Under the pieces are notes generated by a model. It worked only from the letters and a program-made list of their open reading frames with translations, was not told the DNA's origin and made no database searches. The position numbers were made by a program, and so were the translations under genes. Positions 8,701-16,955 of a stretch of DNA of 21,843 bases are shown here, in pieces. Source of the DNA: Craspedostauros australis (Eukaryota); assembly GCA_030167865.1 (NCBI GenBank), contig JALAGF010006649.1, forward strand, positions 62,001 to 83,843, given 5' to 3'. Every line of letters starts with the position of its first letter. Position 1 is the stretch's first letter.

Positions 8701-11700
8701 GTGACGGCGCGCAGGACATCATCCTCGGATGGTCCTGGGATCGGCGAACTCTTGTAGTCGCGCCACGCACGCTGGATCATCATGGCGGCCGTGCGACGTG
8801 CGAGGAGCATCTCGAAGACGTACATGCGAGACACGAAGACGCGCCATGCGCACTGGATGGTGAGTGCGGCTCCGTGGATGCGGCGGGATGCCACGAGATC
8901 CATTGCCTGCTTCATGCGGTAGGTGCACTGGATGGTGATGGCGGCTTGGCGCATGTGTTGGAAGTAGTCACGGCAGAGCTTGCCGCGGACGATCTTCTGG
9001 ATGGTGGAGACCGCCTTGAAGAACTTGGCGGAACGCATGGACTCGATGCGGTCGAAGGCCTCACGGCGCAGGAAGACCTTGGAGCGGCCGAGCTGGAGAC
9101 CTGCGACGGCGCAACGCGAGGCGAAGTCGAGGGACATGAAGTCCTCGCGAGATTCTGGGCGTGCGACGTGGCCTGAGGACTCGCGACGGTGCTTGTCGGA
9201 TTGCCTCTTCTTGAGGCGGCGGCGGTCCTCCGGGGTCATGACAGAGGATTCCACGACGGTGTTGAATGGGAGGTTGTGGATGCCTGTGACGATCTTGTTC
9301 TTGGCGCCGTTGTCGCGGGTCTTGCGGATGGCGTAGGCTGGGGAGGCGAGCGATTCGCGGCGTCTGCGCTCCTGTTCCAGAGCGGTCATCTGAAGATCGT
9401 GGTCCATCTCCCAGAGGTTGAGGGCGATATTGCCGATGAGGCGCTTGAGCTCGGCGTCGGTGTCGTTCTCGACACGGTGGGCCAGAGAACCAGGCGCGAA
9501 GGATGGGCGACTGGATGCCTTCTCGCGTTGGTCACCAAGGATGTAGTACCGGGCGAGGAAGATGTCATGCGCGTAACGCGTGGGGTAACCGGCTCTGGAG
9601 ACACGGACAGCCTCGAGGACACCACCGCAACGCAGCTGCTCGACGATGTTCTTTGGCTCGAAGAAGTCTGGGATGAGCTCGTCGTTTGGCTTGAGGCAGC
9701 GGATGTAATGCGGCACGGTCTTCTCGATGCGGCTGCGCAGGATGCGGAGCTGGCTGGAGAACTGCGAGGAGACGCTCTTGGTGGCGACGGTACCACGTCC
9801 GGCTCTGTCCTCGGATCGCACGAAGCGGTTGATCTCCTGCAAGAACTCGAAGTCGCTGGACTTGAGGAGCTCGGAGGAAGCGGCTGGGAGCTGATCCTTG
9901 TTCTTTTCGATCCATGATTCGGTGGTGTACTCGACGAGGCCGGCATAATGCTCGATGGAGAAGACGTGGTCGACGCGTTGGGCAGAGGTGGCGCTGAAGC
10001 GCTGGTGGCGGTCGCAGCGAGCGTAGAAGTATCGGCATAGCTTGGTGTCGGTGGTGCGTGGGAGGATGCACTGCTCATCGAGGAGGGCGAGGATACCGGT
10101 GTGCTTCTGGTCGATGAGGTCTAGGACGTCCTGGTTGTCTGGGAAGGAGATGAACTTCCACATGATGCCCTCGCGTTCGTACTCCTGCTGCTCTAGCTTG
10201 AAGACGTACCTGTTGAACTGCTGCTGCAGGGCCTCGTTGGTGTAGTTGATGCAGAGCTGCTCGAATGAGTTGACCTCGAAGGTTTCGAAGCCGAATATAT
10301 CTAGCACTCCGATGGAGGCCGCACCCTGGCCCTGTCCTCTGGTGTCGTCGTAGATGCTGGCGTTGATGCGCTCGACGAGGTAGTCGAATGCCGCGCCGTA
10401 GACCGCCTTGATGAGGGCCTCGCAGGCCTTGGCCGACTCCTCGATGGTGAGGGGCTTGTGCACCGTCTCCCCGCCTGCCAGGATGGCGCGGCTGGTGAGG
10501 GCCGCTGCCAATCCGTCAAAGGTGATTCCGAGGAGGGAGGCGCAGGCCAGGGCTGCCTTGGTCTTGTCTAGCTTGCATGAGTCGAAGTCCTTGGAGGGCG
10601 TGAAGCTCATGTTTCCGGCGAAGAGGACGGCGGAGATGAGACGCATGATGTGCTGGATGGTCTCTGGCATGAAGCCGATGGTGATCATGGCCTCGAGCAT
10701 CTCGAAGTGGTTGTCCTCATCGGAGACGCCGTCGCGACGGTCGAAGGTTCCGGAGTCGCAGAGGAGGCGGAAGTCCTTGCAGGTCTTGCCGCCGATGTAG
10801 AAATCCTGGCGTTCCTTGGCCGTGGCGGCCTGGAGGAACTGGTAGAAGATGTGGTAGTTGCGCTCGCCCAGCGAAGGACGGATGAGACGGACCTTCTCCA
10901 GCAGGTAGGTCTCGATGGAGGCGCCCGAGAGCTTTCCTGACTTGTTGAAGGAGATGTCTATGTACTTTCCGAAGCGACTAGAGTTGTCGTTGCGGATGGT
11001 GCGCGCGTTACCGAATGCCTCGAGGATTGGATTGGACTGCAGCACCTGCTGCTCGATGGAGACGCCCTGCACTCCGTTGGCGGGAGAGGCGGGGCTCATG
11101 GAGGCCGGCTGACGCGGGGACTTGGAAGGCGTCGATCGCAGCGACTCGTCGGACCTGCGCTTGGAGAGCATGGCGAGGTAGTTGAGGACGATCTTGGTGG
11201 TGACCGTCTTTCCGGCGCCGGACTCCCCGGAGACCAGGATGGACTGGTTGGCCGGGATGACGGCCGGAGCGCCCCTCCCGCTGTAGAATTTCTGGTTCTC
11301 CAAGCCGCGGATCATCTGGCGGTAGGAGTCGTCGGCGGTGGAGTAGACGTGCGGCTGCAGGCGCTTGGAGGAGGGCTTGGCGGGGGCGCGGCCCTTCTTG
11401 GGCGTCTGGAACTTGGTGGGCGAGGCGCCCTGCGGCTCGTTGGGCTGGCCGATGCCCGACTCTCCCTGGATGCGGTAGTGCTCCATGATCTCCGGCGAGT
11501 AGAGGTCCATGCGCTTGAAGGGGTTGATGGCGATGAGGATGGGGCCGGTGGAGGTGTAGATGATGTCGGAGTCGTACCTGAGGCGCAGGGAGTGCAGAAT
11601 GGCGGGCTCGTGCAGGTGCGTGAGCTCGATGAGGTCGTCCACGCCGCCGACGACGGAGCTGGATATCTGCGTGGAGGGCGAGGCCACGACGCCCGCTTCC

Positions 11701-12044
11701 GCGTCCTCCCCGCTGGCGCGGAAGGAGGAGGGGAGGTTGCGGAGCTTGATGTCGTCATGGTCTGCCGTCTTGAGCTGTTCCGGATCCACGGAGACCTCCA
11801 CGCAGAAGTCCTCCTCGTCCTGGAAGTACTGCGATCCGCTGCGCTTGGGCGGTCCTGGCCGCGCTCCTGAGTGAGAGGGCCGGTGGATCGCGGCGCTGGT
11901 GGCCTCGATGCTCACGTCCTTCACCAGGGTCAGCACGATGGTGCCGTCGCCGGCTTCGGACTCCTTCTTCTCCACGATCACCGCGGGCACCCATCCCCAG
12001 TGGGACTCTTTGCGTCTCAGCCACACGTTCTGGTTCAGCTCCAT
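5766..12044 (-). CDS. Unconventional myosin heavy chain, 2092 aa: SH3-like N-terminus, motor, ~5 IQ, ankyrin repeats, kinase-like domain, polyQ tail
   Basis: Motor motifs: DDLIELTHLHEPAILHSL, IYTSTGPILIAINPFK, P-loop GESGAGKT (11228-11205), switch I LEAFGNARTIRNDNSSRFGK, ERNYHIFYQ, switch II DIFGFE, NSFEQLCINYTNE, HYIRCLKPN, SH1 QLRCGGVLEAVR, LGRSKVFLR. IQ motifs IQKIVRG, IQCTYRM, IQCAWRV, IQRAWRD, VQAMYRG (~9015-8660). Ankyrin-like G-x-LPLH repeats (~8450-7515). Kinase-like region (~6995-6219). Strong GC3 bias, no intron needed. Myosin class not assigned. Confidence 0.97.
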   Translation of the reverse strand: MELNQNVWLRRKESHWGWVPAVIVEKKESEAGDGTIVLTLVKDVSIEATSAAIHRPSHSGARPGPPKRSGSQYFQDEEDFCVEVSVDPEQLKTADHDDIKLRNLPSSFRASGEDAEAGVVASPSTQISSSVVGGVDDLIELTHLHEPAILHSLRLRYDSDIIYTSTGPILIAINPFKRMDLYSPEIMEHYRIQGESGIGQPNEPQGASPTKFQTPKKGRAPAKPSSKRLQPHVYSTADDSYRQMIRGLENQKFYSGRGAPAVIPANQSILVSGESGAGKTVTTKIVLNYLAMLSKRRSDESLRSTPSKSPRQPASMSPASPANGVQGVSIEQQVLQSNPILEAFGNARTIRNDNSSRFGKYIDISFNKSGKLSGASIETYLLEKVRLIRPSLGERNYHIFYQFLQAATAKERQDFYIGGKTCKDFRLLCDSGTFDRRDGVSDEDNHFEMLEAMITIGFMPETIQHIMRLISAVLFAGNMSFTPSKDFDSCKLDKTKAALACASLLGITFDGLAAALTSRAILAGGETVHKPLTIEESAKACEALIKAVYGAAFDYLVERINASIYDDTRGQGQGAASIGVLDIFGFETFEVNSFEQLCINYTNEALQQQFNRYVFKLEQQEYEREGIMWKFISFPDNQDVLDLIDQKHTGILALLDEQCILPRTTDTKLCRYFYARCDRHQRFSATSAQRVDHVFSIEHYAGLVEYTTESWIEKNKDQLPAASSELLKSSDFEFLQEINRFVRSEDRAGRGTVATKSVSSQFSSQLRILRSRIEKTVPHYIRCLKPNDELIPDFFEPKNIVEQLRCGGVLEAVRVSRAGYPTRYAHDIFLARYYILGDQREKASSRPSFAPGSLAHRVENDTDAELKRLIGNIALNLWEMDHDLQMTALEQERRRRESLASPAYAIRKTRDNGAKNKIVTGIHNLPFNTVVESSVMTPEDRRRLKKRQSDKHRRESSGHVARPESREDFMSLDFASRCAVAGLQLGRSKVFLRREAFDRIESMRSAKFFKAVSTIQKIVRGKLCRDYFQHMRQAAITIQCTYRMKQAMDLVASRRIHGAALTIQCAWRVFVSRMYVFEMLLARRTAAMMIQRAWRDYKSSPIPGPSEDDVLRAVTNVQAMYRGSRTRDDLDVARENETTPFRKSAPPMARQSPEVMRHLESPKHMAPQPQAAPIVRERQITPAQTGRQVAAYVDSAQLTELFREIQEENWAMVENILDKHPELAEAPDLKSGELALHKIARHNGAWTLLIDMVLVLYPKALIHRDNMGALPIHHASAHDNLAALEIIYSAYKEGINDTDKMGRLPIHVAANYDAVDAIKFLLSKSPEGAYTMVYRPPNNSGGGLPLHIACRNHASIGVITALLAENFASAKRTDENGDLPLHLLLRCGEVVDPVVVKTLLTCFAGAVSRTDMNGDLPVATAIKFQCTSAVTNAILMQYPEGAAVLNGEGHSPLHLAFKHNADDRTIMGLLNHAPDLATQVDRPTGLLPIQVATDKEHSHFIVHNLLKRDMPIDISEKVRAQLIPHHYSWNHIIANTEDLYHQVVTKILQSCTQPQVLALAHIEGPDGKIALAAATPVCKHEMRVMLRLFNTLEVVNQRPAYTNPVSDTQIFYALRYDPPPNSGGAFTVLHEEKNDNGADDYIEEFDDASHISGASKTSMRSTLTSRSQQSIEDKLRHIRREKGQQVIAKLTSRSEIVERELKIRKEFQLSRHYVPAIISVHHTVQHAAYSEAMAEPGYCITMEGADTTAENLMLDMRKNGKPFPPKALKRIGISLLHMHEHGIIHGDFGTHNIGKFGSRWKLLGVGGSVPLGGGTDPSRGFYHPPESIQVENRRPAVGKKNFVATVVPIPAHTTYDIWAFGVVVYEAIAGVPLGPYACRGKRAMSNTETAKIGLWDENSIKKALKHVSPENEAGRDLLRRMLHHDPHQRLNSMRHVLEHAFFSQGAMDFASAPADGISPSNTAASGTTQTTRHSAASRPGQAAAATQRVQASYGHRVPMQQQQQFHQQQQQQQQQQQQQAQGFSADFPDVKFSGSKESTSSQENRENGVPKRNGSRSSSGRRSDESQGSGGSRSFGGLRKFRNNFRRPQQTS
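5986..6047 (-). repeat. CAG/CAA trinucleotide repeat encoding polyglutamine in the myosin tail
   Basis: (ctg/ttg)n on the + strand; protein reads MQQQQQFHQQQQQQQQQQQQQAQ. Confidence 0.9.
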
Positions 12045-12143
12045 CTTGCTATCTGTGTTTGTGGCTGTGTCTGCGTTTCTCTATGTCTGCGTTTGGCTTT
12101 GTTTCTCTGTTGCAGTGCAGTGCTTAGGATATCAATGTCGATG

Positions 12144-12172
12144 CCAATAGCGATACCAATAGCAATACCAAT
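12144..12172. repeat. 12-bp tandem repeat (CCAATAGC[G/A]ATA x2.4) giving three phased CCAAT pentamers upstream of the myosin start
   Basis: ccaatagcgata ccaatagcaata ccaat, 100-128 bp upstream of the myosin ATG. A regulatory role is unproven. Confidence 0.6.
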
Positions 12173-12285
12173 TGAATGAAAGGAAGGAAAGACCCGGAGC
12201 GCCACTAATCCACCAACCAAGAAAGTTTGGAAGGAAGGTTGTTCGGTGGAGAAAGGCTGCTTCTTGGTCTGCCTGTTGTTTCTTC

Positions 12286-12351
12286 TTGCTACGCTTGCTT
12301 GCTTGATGCGCTTGCTTGGTTGCTACGCTTGCTTGGTTGCTACGCTTGCTT
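12286..12351. repeat. 17-bp minisatellite (GCTTGCTTGGTTGCTAC x2.5 plus a degenerate copy)
   Basis: Two exact copies at 12310-12326 and 12327-12343, a partial copy after them and a degenerate copy before them. Confidence 0.8.
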
Positions 12352-12935
12352 TGCGATTGCCGTCGACTGGCTTGCCTCCTTGGTTTGGCTTCTGCCTTCG
12401 ATTTGAATTTGTGTGAAAGGTGAAGACCAAAGACGACGCAGTTTCCTGATCCGTCTCGGAGCGGCTTCTTGGTGTGCTTGTGTCTTGGTTGTGTCCCGAG
12501 AGGGGGGCTGTGCTGTTTTGTGTGTTGTGTCACGATGGCGCGATGGCACGATACTGCTGCACTCTCTGTGTTGCGCTGTGTCGTCCTGTACCGCGAAGGC
12601 CCTGGTTTTGTGCAAAATGGTCGATTGGAGTTGGCGGACTGGTCTTTTTGTGTGCTTTTCTTGCCGCTTCTGCGTTCTTGTGAATGGGACGGAATTGGCT
12701 TGCGGTTGCGTTACGGTTGATCGTGCGGCGCACATCGACGAGAACAACTGTATCAACGACCTTTTTGAATCCGATCTGCTTAATGCGGGCAAGAGGAGTT
12801 GTCAACAACACAGTTTTATTCAGTTCTGAATAATTCAATAAATGAGTCTGAATAACTGTCAACGGCGAATCATTGGGATGGTCGTTATTTGCGCTCAGAA
12901 CGACAACGACAACGACGAACAAACCGACTTCATTC

Positions 12936-13013
12936 ACGTCACATCCTCTTCCGAACGATGTGACACCTGTCACAACGTGCAATCGCAACGTTAAAGTGGT
13001 TAAATGACGTTAA
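12936..13013. promoter_or_regulatory. Putative cis-regulatory module: four ACGT cores (two TGACGT in opposite orientation) around a perfect TGTGACA-N2-TGTCACA inverted repeat
   Basis: ACGTCA 12936-12941; TGTGACAccTGTCACA 12959-12974; AACGTG 12974-12979; AACGTT 12987-12992; TGACGT 13005-13010. Lies in a relatively AT-rich, non-coding stretch. Confidence 0.35.
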
Positions 13014-13633
13014 TAGAGGTTATACATATGCCACCAACATGTGTCATCCAAATCCAACGCCAGATTCTGTCTGTCTCTCTTGCTGACAGGGACTCCCCCT
13101 CCTTTGCGTAGTCGTATTTGCACGAGCTCTTCGCATTCGTCGGTATCCACGCTCCCACTGCCAAGATGATACTCACCTCTCCGTCCTCAGCACAAAAGGT
13201 ATCTCTTGAAACAGAACCGTACGTAAGCGCACGTACTATTATGAGTCGCCCACAGCCGTGCCCACAGTAGCAGCCACGGCAAGAGGGCAGCAGGAGCGCA
13301 GCTGCAGTTCTTGTTCTGTGGGAGTCTGAACCAGAAGCATGACCGCTCACATGGTTCTTATCACATGAATCTCTCACTCGTCGGACGCAGGCGTCAGGGA
13401 ATTCTCGAGATCTTCGGTGTGGGAGAACAATAGATCGTGGGAGTCTCTGTGGTGGGTGGCATCATGCTCCACATGCCAAAGAGGAGGTGCACTCCCTTGG
13501 AGGAGTCGAACCAGACTTGATCAGCACATACTTCTTCCATCATCGCATCATCGTATCCGCACACCATTGCACCACCACGAGCGAGGCAACTATTGCACCT
13601 TCAACTCCTTTCTCAATCACTGAGCACATCATC

Positions 13634-13658
13634 AAGCAACGTTAAGCAACGTTAAGCA
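13634..13658. repeat. 10-bp tandem repeat AAGCAACGTT x2.5
   Basis: aagcaacgtt aagcaacgtt aagca; a related aagcaacgta occurs at ~13679. Confidence 0.7.
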
Positions 13659-13968
13659 CAGGTCAGGCATCGTGGATCAAGCAACGTAACACAACGCAAC
13701 GCAGCACTCCATCGGTTGAGACTGATACTGAGACCACTTGCGCCACTACTACCACTACTACTACCAGCACGCACAAGGCGACAACTCCCCTTCGTCTTGG
13801 TCGGAGAGACAGCTGCTGCCCAGCACAGCCATTAAACGAACGGTCAAGGTAACATCGCACCAGATCAGATCAGGCCACATCAGTGTCACAAGAACTCTTC
13901 GATTCAAGTCGCAACACGTTGGATCAGATCAGCGCAGATCTCTCTCTCTCTATACTCCAGAGCCAACC

Positions 13969-14352
13969 ATGATCCACTCTGTGCTTCTGCTCTTCGCCGA
14001 TGACAGCATCAGCAATCGAAATGTCGTACGTGGTGAGAACAATCACAAAGACGATGACGGCAGCTTCGCACGATGGCATCTCTGTGCCAACTTCATTCGA
14101 GCAGCAAGATCGACGATTGCCGTTGTTGTCTTGCTCCCCTTCATCATAACTATGGGAATCTTCATGCTTCCGCTGGTTGTATTTGGCCGGTGCGCATGTC
14201 GATGCATGGCCAGTTGCGATGCCTCGACGCATAATCGTTGGGCAATGAGGGAAGATTCTGGAAGCGACACGATGGAGGACGACACCGATTCGCCAACCAT
14301 TCAGTCGAGACGTTCGCCTGTTCATCACCGAAGGAGGTTACGGAGTCGATGA
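13969..14352 (+). CDS. Possible small single-pass membrane protein, 127 aa, with juxtamembrane Cys cluster
   Basis: ATG in a ccaaccATG context. Hydrophobic stretch IAVVVLLPFIITMGIFMLPLVVF followed by GRCACRCMASC, then an acidic segment and a basic tail. No homology recognised; may be non-coding. Confidence 0.3.
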   Translation: MIHSVLLLFADDSISNRNVVRGENNHKDDDGSFARWHLCANFIRAARSTIAVVVLLPFIITMGIFMLPLVVFGRCACRCMASCDASTHNRWAMREDSGSDTMEDDTDSPTIQSRRSPVHHRRRLRSR

Positions 14353-14844
14353 AGGCTGCATTACTTCAGAATGCAAGGAGCGTATTGTGGACGGGATGGA
14401 TCTACAATATTCCACTCAATTTCATATTCTGCCGAGGCAACACTGCCGATAGAGCGAGAATTGCTCTACTCCGCATCTGTTTCATCACATGCGGCAAGCG
14501 TCCCTCGTGGCAACCGCTGGCTCTTCTCCGTCTCAAGAGCATCATCATCAACATCGATGAAAACCTCCCCGCTTTCGAACCGGATTATGGTGGTGATCGC
14601 AGTTGCACTCTTCACACAAGTATCCACGCACCATTCATCCACTCCATCGATAACAATCATTTATTTGCTCATGCATATGATGAATCATTTGATGGACGAG
14701 CAATCATTACGCAGACTGGTATCTGGTTCTTCAAACTGCTCTCTATCCATCTCTGTCTCTAGAGAGAGATTAGCAGTCCGTGGTGTAATTTAAATAGAGT
14801 GCCTGTGGAGTACACGGTATTAACAACGATTATCGCAAATTATT

Positions 14845-15886
14845 CTAATTCAACAACGACTCGAGGTTCTCCAATGTTACACCAGTCGCTGCATCATCGC
14901 CCAGCTCCTCCACGATCTTGTTGGCGCCCGTAAAGTCTTCTCCCGCCGTGTAGCTCGACTTCGTCACGATGCACGCAATGCCTGCCGCCATGGCAGCACC
15001 CAGACCAATGTGCGAATCCTCCACGATCACGCATTTCGACTTGTCCAATCCCATCGTGTCGACCGCCAGGTTGTAGACATCTGGAGCAGGCTTCTTCTTC
15101 TGCACCATGTCGCCGGCGAAAATCTGGAACTTGGCGGCGCGGTCCGGTCCCATCAGTGTCTGGACAAGGTTGCGCACCTGGTGGCCGAGTACAGACACAA
15201 CCAAAGAAAAAGAAACGAAGAGCGTGATGGTGATGATGACGATGATTGGAAGAATAGAGAGGAAGTGGATGAGTCTACCAATGTACTGGTACTCCGTGGA
15301 TGCCAACACCAAATCAAGCCCAATGAAAACAACTGCAAACCACCTCAATCATGTGCGCATGACGTACCGCCTTCTCGTTGCTGGTCGAGCAAACCGCCAG
15401 TCGCAAATCTGCGGCGATAGCATCATCGATGATACGCAGTACACCGGGACGCAATGGGACACCACCCGTCTTGATCATGTCCATGAAGATGTCGGTCTTG
15501 CGCAGATGCAGCTCCTTGACCTTGGCAGGTCGATCGTCGCCTTCGGGAAAGCCCTGCGGCCAACCAACTTCATTCCAATGCGCCGTCATGCGTTCCTTGC
15601 CGCCACCCACTTCCAGCAGCTTGCCGTAACGTTCCACGTCCCAGTCCGTGTTCAGGTTGTTCTCTTCGAACGCGATGTTGAAGGCAGGACGGTGCGCATC
15701 CCTCTCCGTGTCTGCCAACACGCCGTCCATATCCCAAAGGATGGCCTCCAGCTCGGCATTCAGTGCCGTCGTGCCAGCACGGGCGCCCGTGGATCGGTGG
15801 GACTGCTGCTTCGAAATGGCGAATGCCTGAACGGAGCCAATAGAGCCAGCCAATGCGATCGCAGCAATTGTAATGGATTTCATCAT
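14845..15886 (-). CDS. cbbY: Plastid-targeted CbbY-like HAD phosphatase (xylulose-1,5-bisphosphate phosphatase family); exons 15886-15368 and 15177-14845, 283 aa
   Basis: HAD motif I WDMDGVLADTERDAHRPAFN, then YGKLLEVGGGKERM, LRPGVLR and motif II AVCSTSNEKA. After the intron: VRNLV, AGDMVQKKKPAPDVY and motif IV VIVEDSHIGLGAAMAAG. N-terminus MMKSITIAAIALAGSIGSVQA|FAI is a signal peptide plus ASAFAP-like motif. Confidence 0.92.
15178..15367 (-). other. Spliceosomal GT-AG intron (190 nt, phase 0) in cbbY
   Basis: Donor GCG|GTACGT at 15367 and acceptor CAG|GTG at 15178, with a pyrimidine-rich tract upstream of the acceptor. Removal joins two ORFs in different frames into the conserved SNEKAVRNLV. 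Confidence 0.9.
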
Positions 15887-16481
15887 CGTGAAGCAAAAGT
15901 GCATGGAGCAGAGCACTTCTCCCTGGAACAGTCTTCTTGTGTCAACGAAAAGAGGATCGGAAAAGATGAGGGAAAGGTATGTCCAGTGGCTTGGATTGCA
16001 TGGCAGATGCAATTGTCCACACGAAGATCGGCGGATGGAGGATCTTGTTTCGTGCCGCCTCTGTTGTGTCGGATGATGTTGGACTGACGTTGCTTGGCCA
16101 CTTCCGACTCACACGAATCAAATGGTATCTTTGTCCGAACACCCGATTCCGCAAGCTCCGGAAAGAAGTCGTCCACGAATGCTGGCACAGATCAATCACA
16201 TACTCTGCGGTGACAAGCGCGGCACACGCATTATATGCAATATGCCATTGCCGATGGCATCGATGCAGCATGCTGGGATACACCTCCCGTATTCTCGTAG
16301 TGTCCTTACATATAATAGTTCTATAATAGTTTACATCATCCTGCTTCGTCCAAGCCAATGGTGATGCTCTTCCCAAAGGTCGCGCATTTGCAGCCATTTC
16401 ACCATGTTGCTGTGTCTTTGCCACAGCATCTTTCTCAAACACGCAGTGTCAGCAACGCAATGCCCTGCAGTACATGGTTCC

Positions 16482-16955
16482 TCACACGGCGTATAGCTTC
16501 GTCACGCCATTTTCCTCCACAGGGATGATCTTGGCGTTGCTCTTGCGCAGGACCTTGTACTCGAAGGTTGCCAATTCGTATCTCCGTCGCAGCTCTTCCT
16601 GCTGCTGCTGCCGTATCTGCTCCCTCCATAGCACATCGTTCGGCACGGCGCCATTCGATGTGATTTGCTCTATCGCGACGACGAAGGAGATGGCGTAGAA
16701 GAAGATCCCGGCCGGCAGCAGATTGGCCGTGTCGACCACGGCAACTTCGCAGATCAGCGCGATGAGGCAGAACAGATACGATCTCCGCCTCAGCGACACC
16801 ACGGGCACCTTCTCTCCCGCACCTTGTTCGAATCGCATCGTATTGTCGAGGTATCGTTCCATATCGAGCTGGCGCAGGGCGATGGCGGGGGCATCGCATC
16901 GTCTGCTGCGTGTCGCTTGCGTCTGCAGGCTGTGCAAGGCGAGATCTTCCATCAT
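16482..16955 (-). CDS. Hypothetical protein, 157 aa, two adjacent hydrophobic segments plus charged helical C-terminus
   Basis: SYLFCLIALICEVAVV and LLPAGIFFYAISFVVAI, followed by EQIRQQQQEELRRRYEL. GC-rich coding-like composition against flanks; CA-rich leader upstream. No family recognised. Confidence 0.5.
   Translation of the reverse strand: MMEDLALHSLQTQATRSRRCDAPAIALRQLDMERYLDNTMRFEQGAGEKVPVVSLRRRSYLFCLIALICEVAVVDTANLLPAGIFFYAISFVVAIEQITSNGAVPNDVLWREQIRQQQQEELRRRYELATFEYKVLRKSNAKIIPVEENGVTKLYAV

Noticed and set aside
12286..12351. Short direct repeats considered as a CRISPR-like array or transposon end
   Set aside because: Head-to-tail repeats without spacers in a eukaryotic context; no cas, transposase or RT gene, terminal inverted repeats or target-site duplication seen.
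14845..15348. 167-aa ORF with an apparent hydrophobic N-terminal membrane anchor
   Set aside because: The hydrophobic part is translated cbbY intron (15178-15367); only 15177-14845 is exon.
15887..16012. 42-codon upstream extension of the cbbY ORF
   Set aside because: The signal peptide begins at MMKSIT (15886); the extension would mask it and looks like UTR.
15107..16087. 326-aa + strand ORF antisense to cbbY
   Set aside because: Shadow ORF over a well-supported gene and its intron; no recognisable features.
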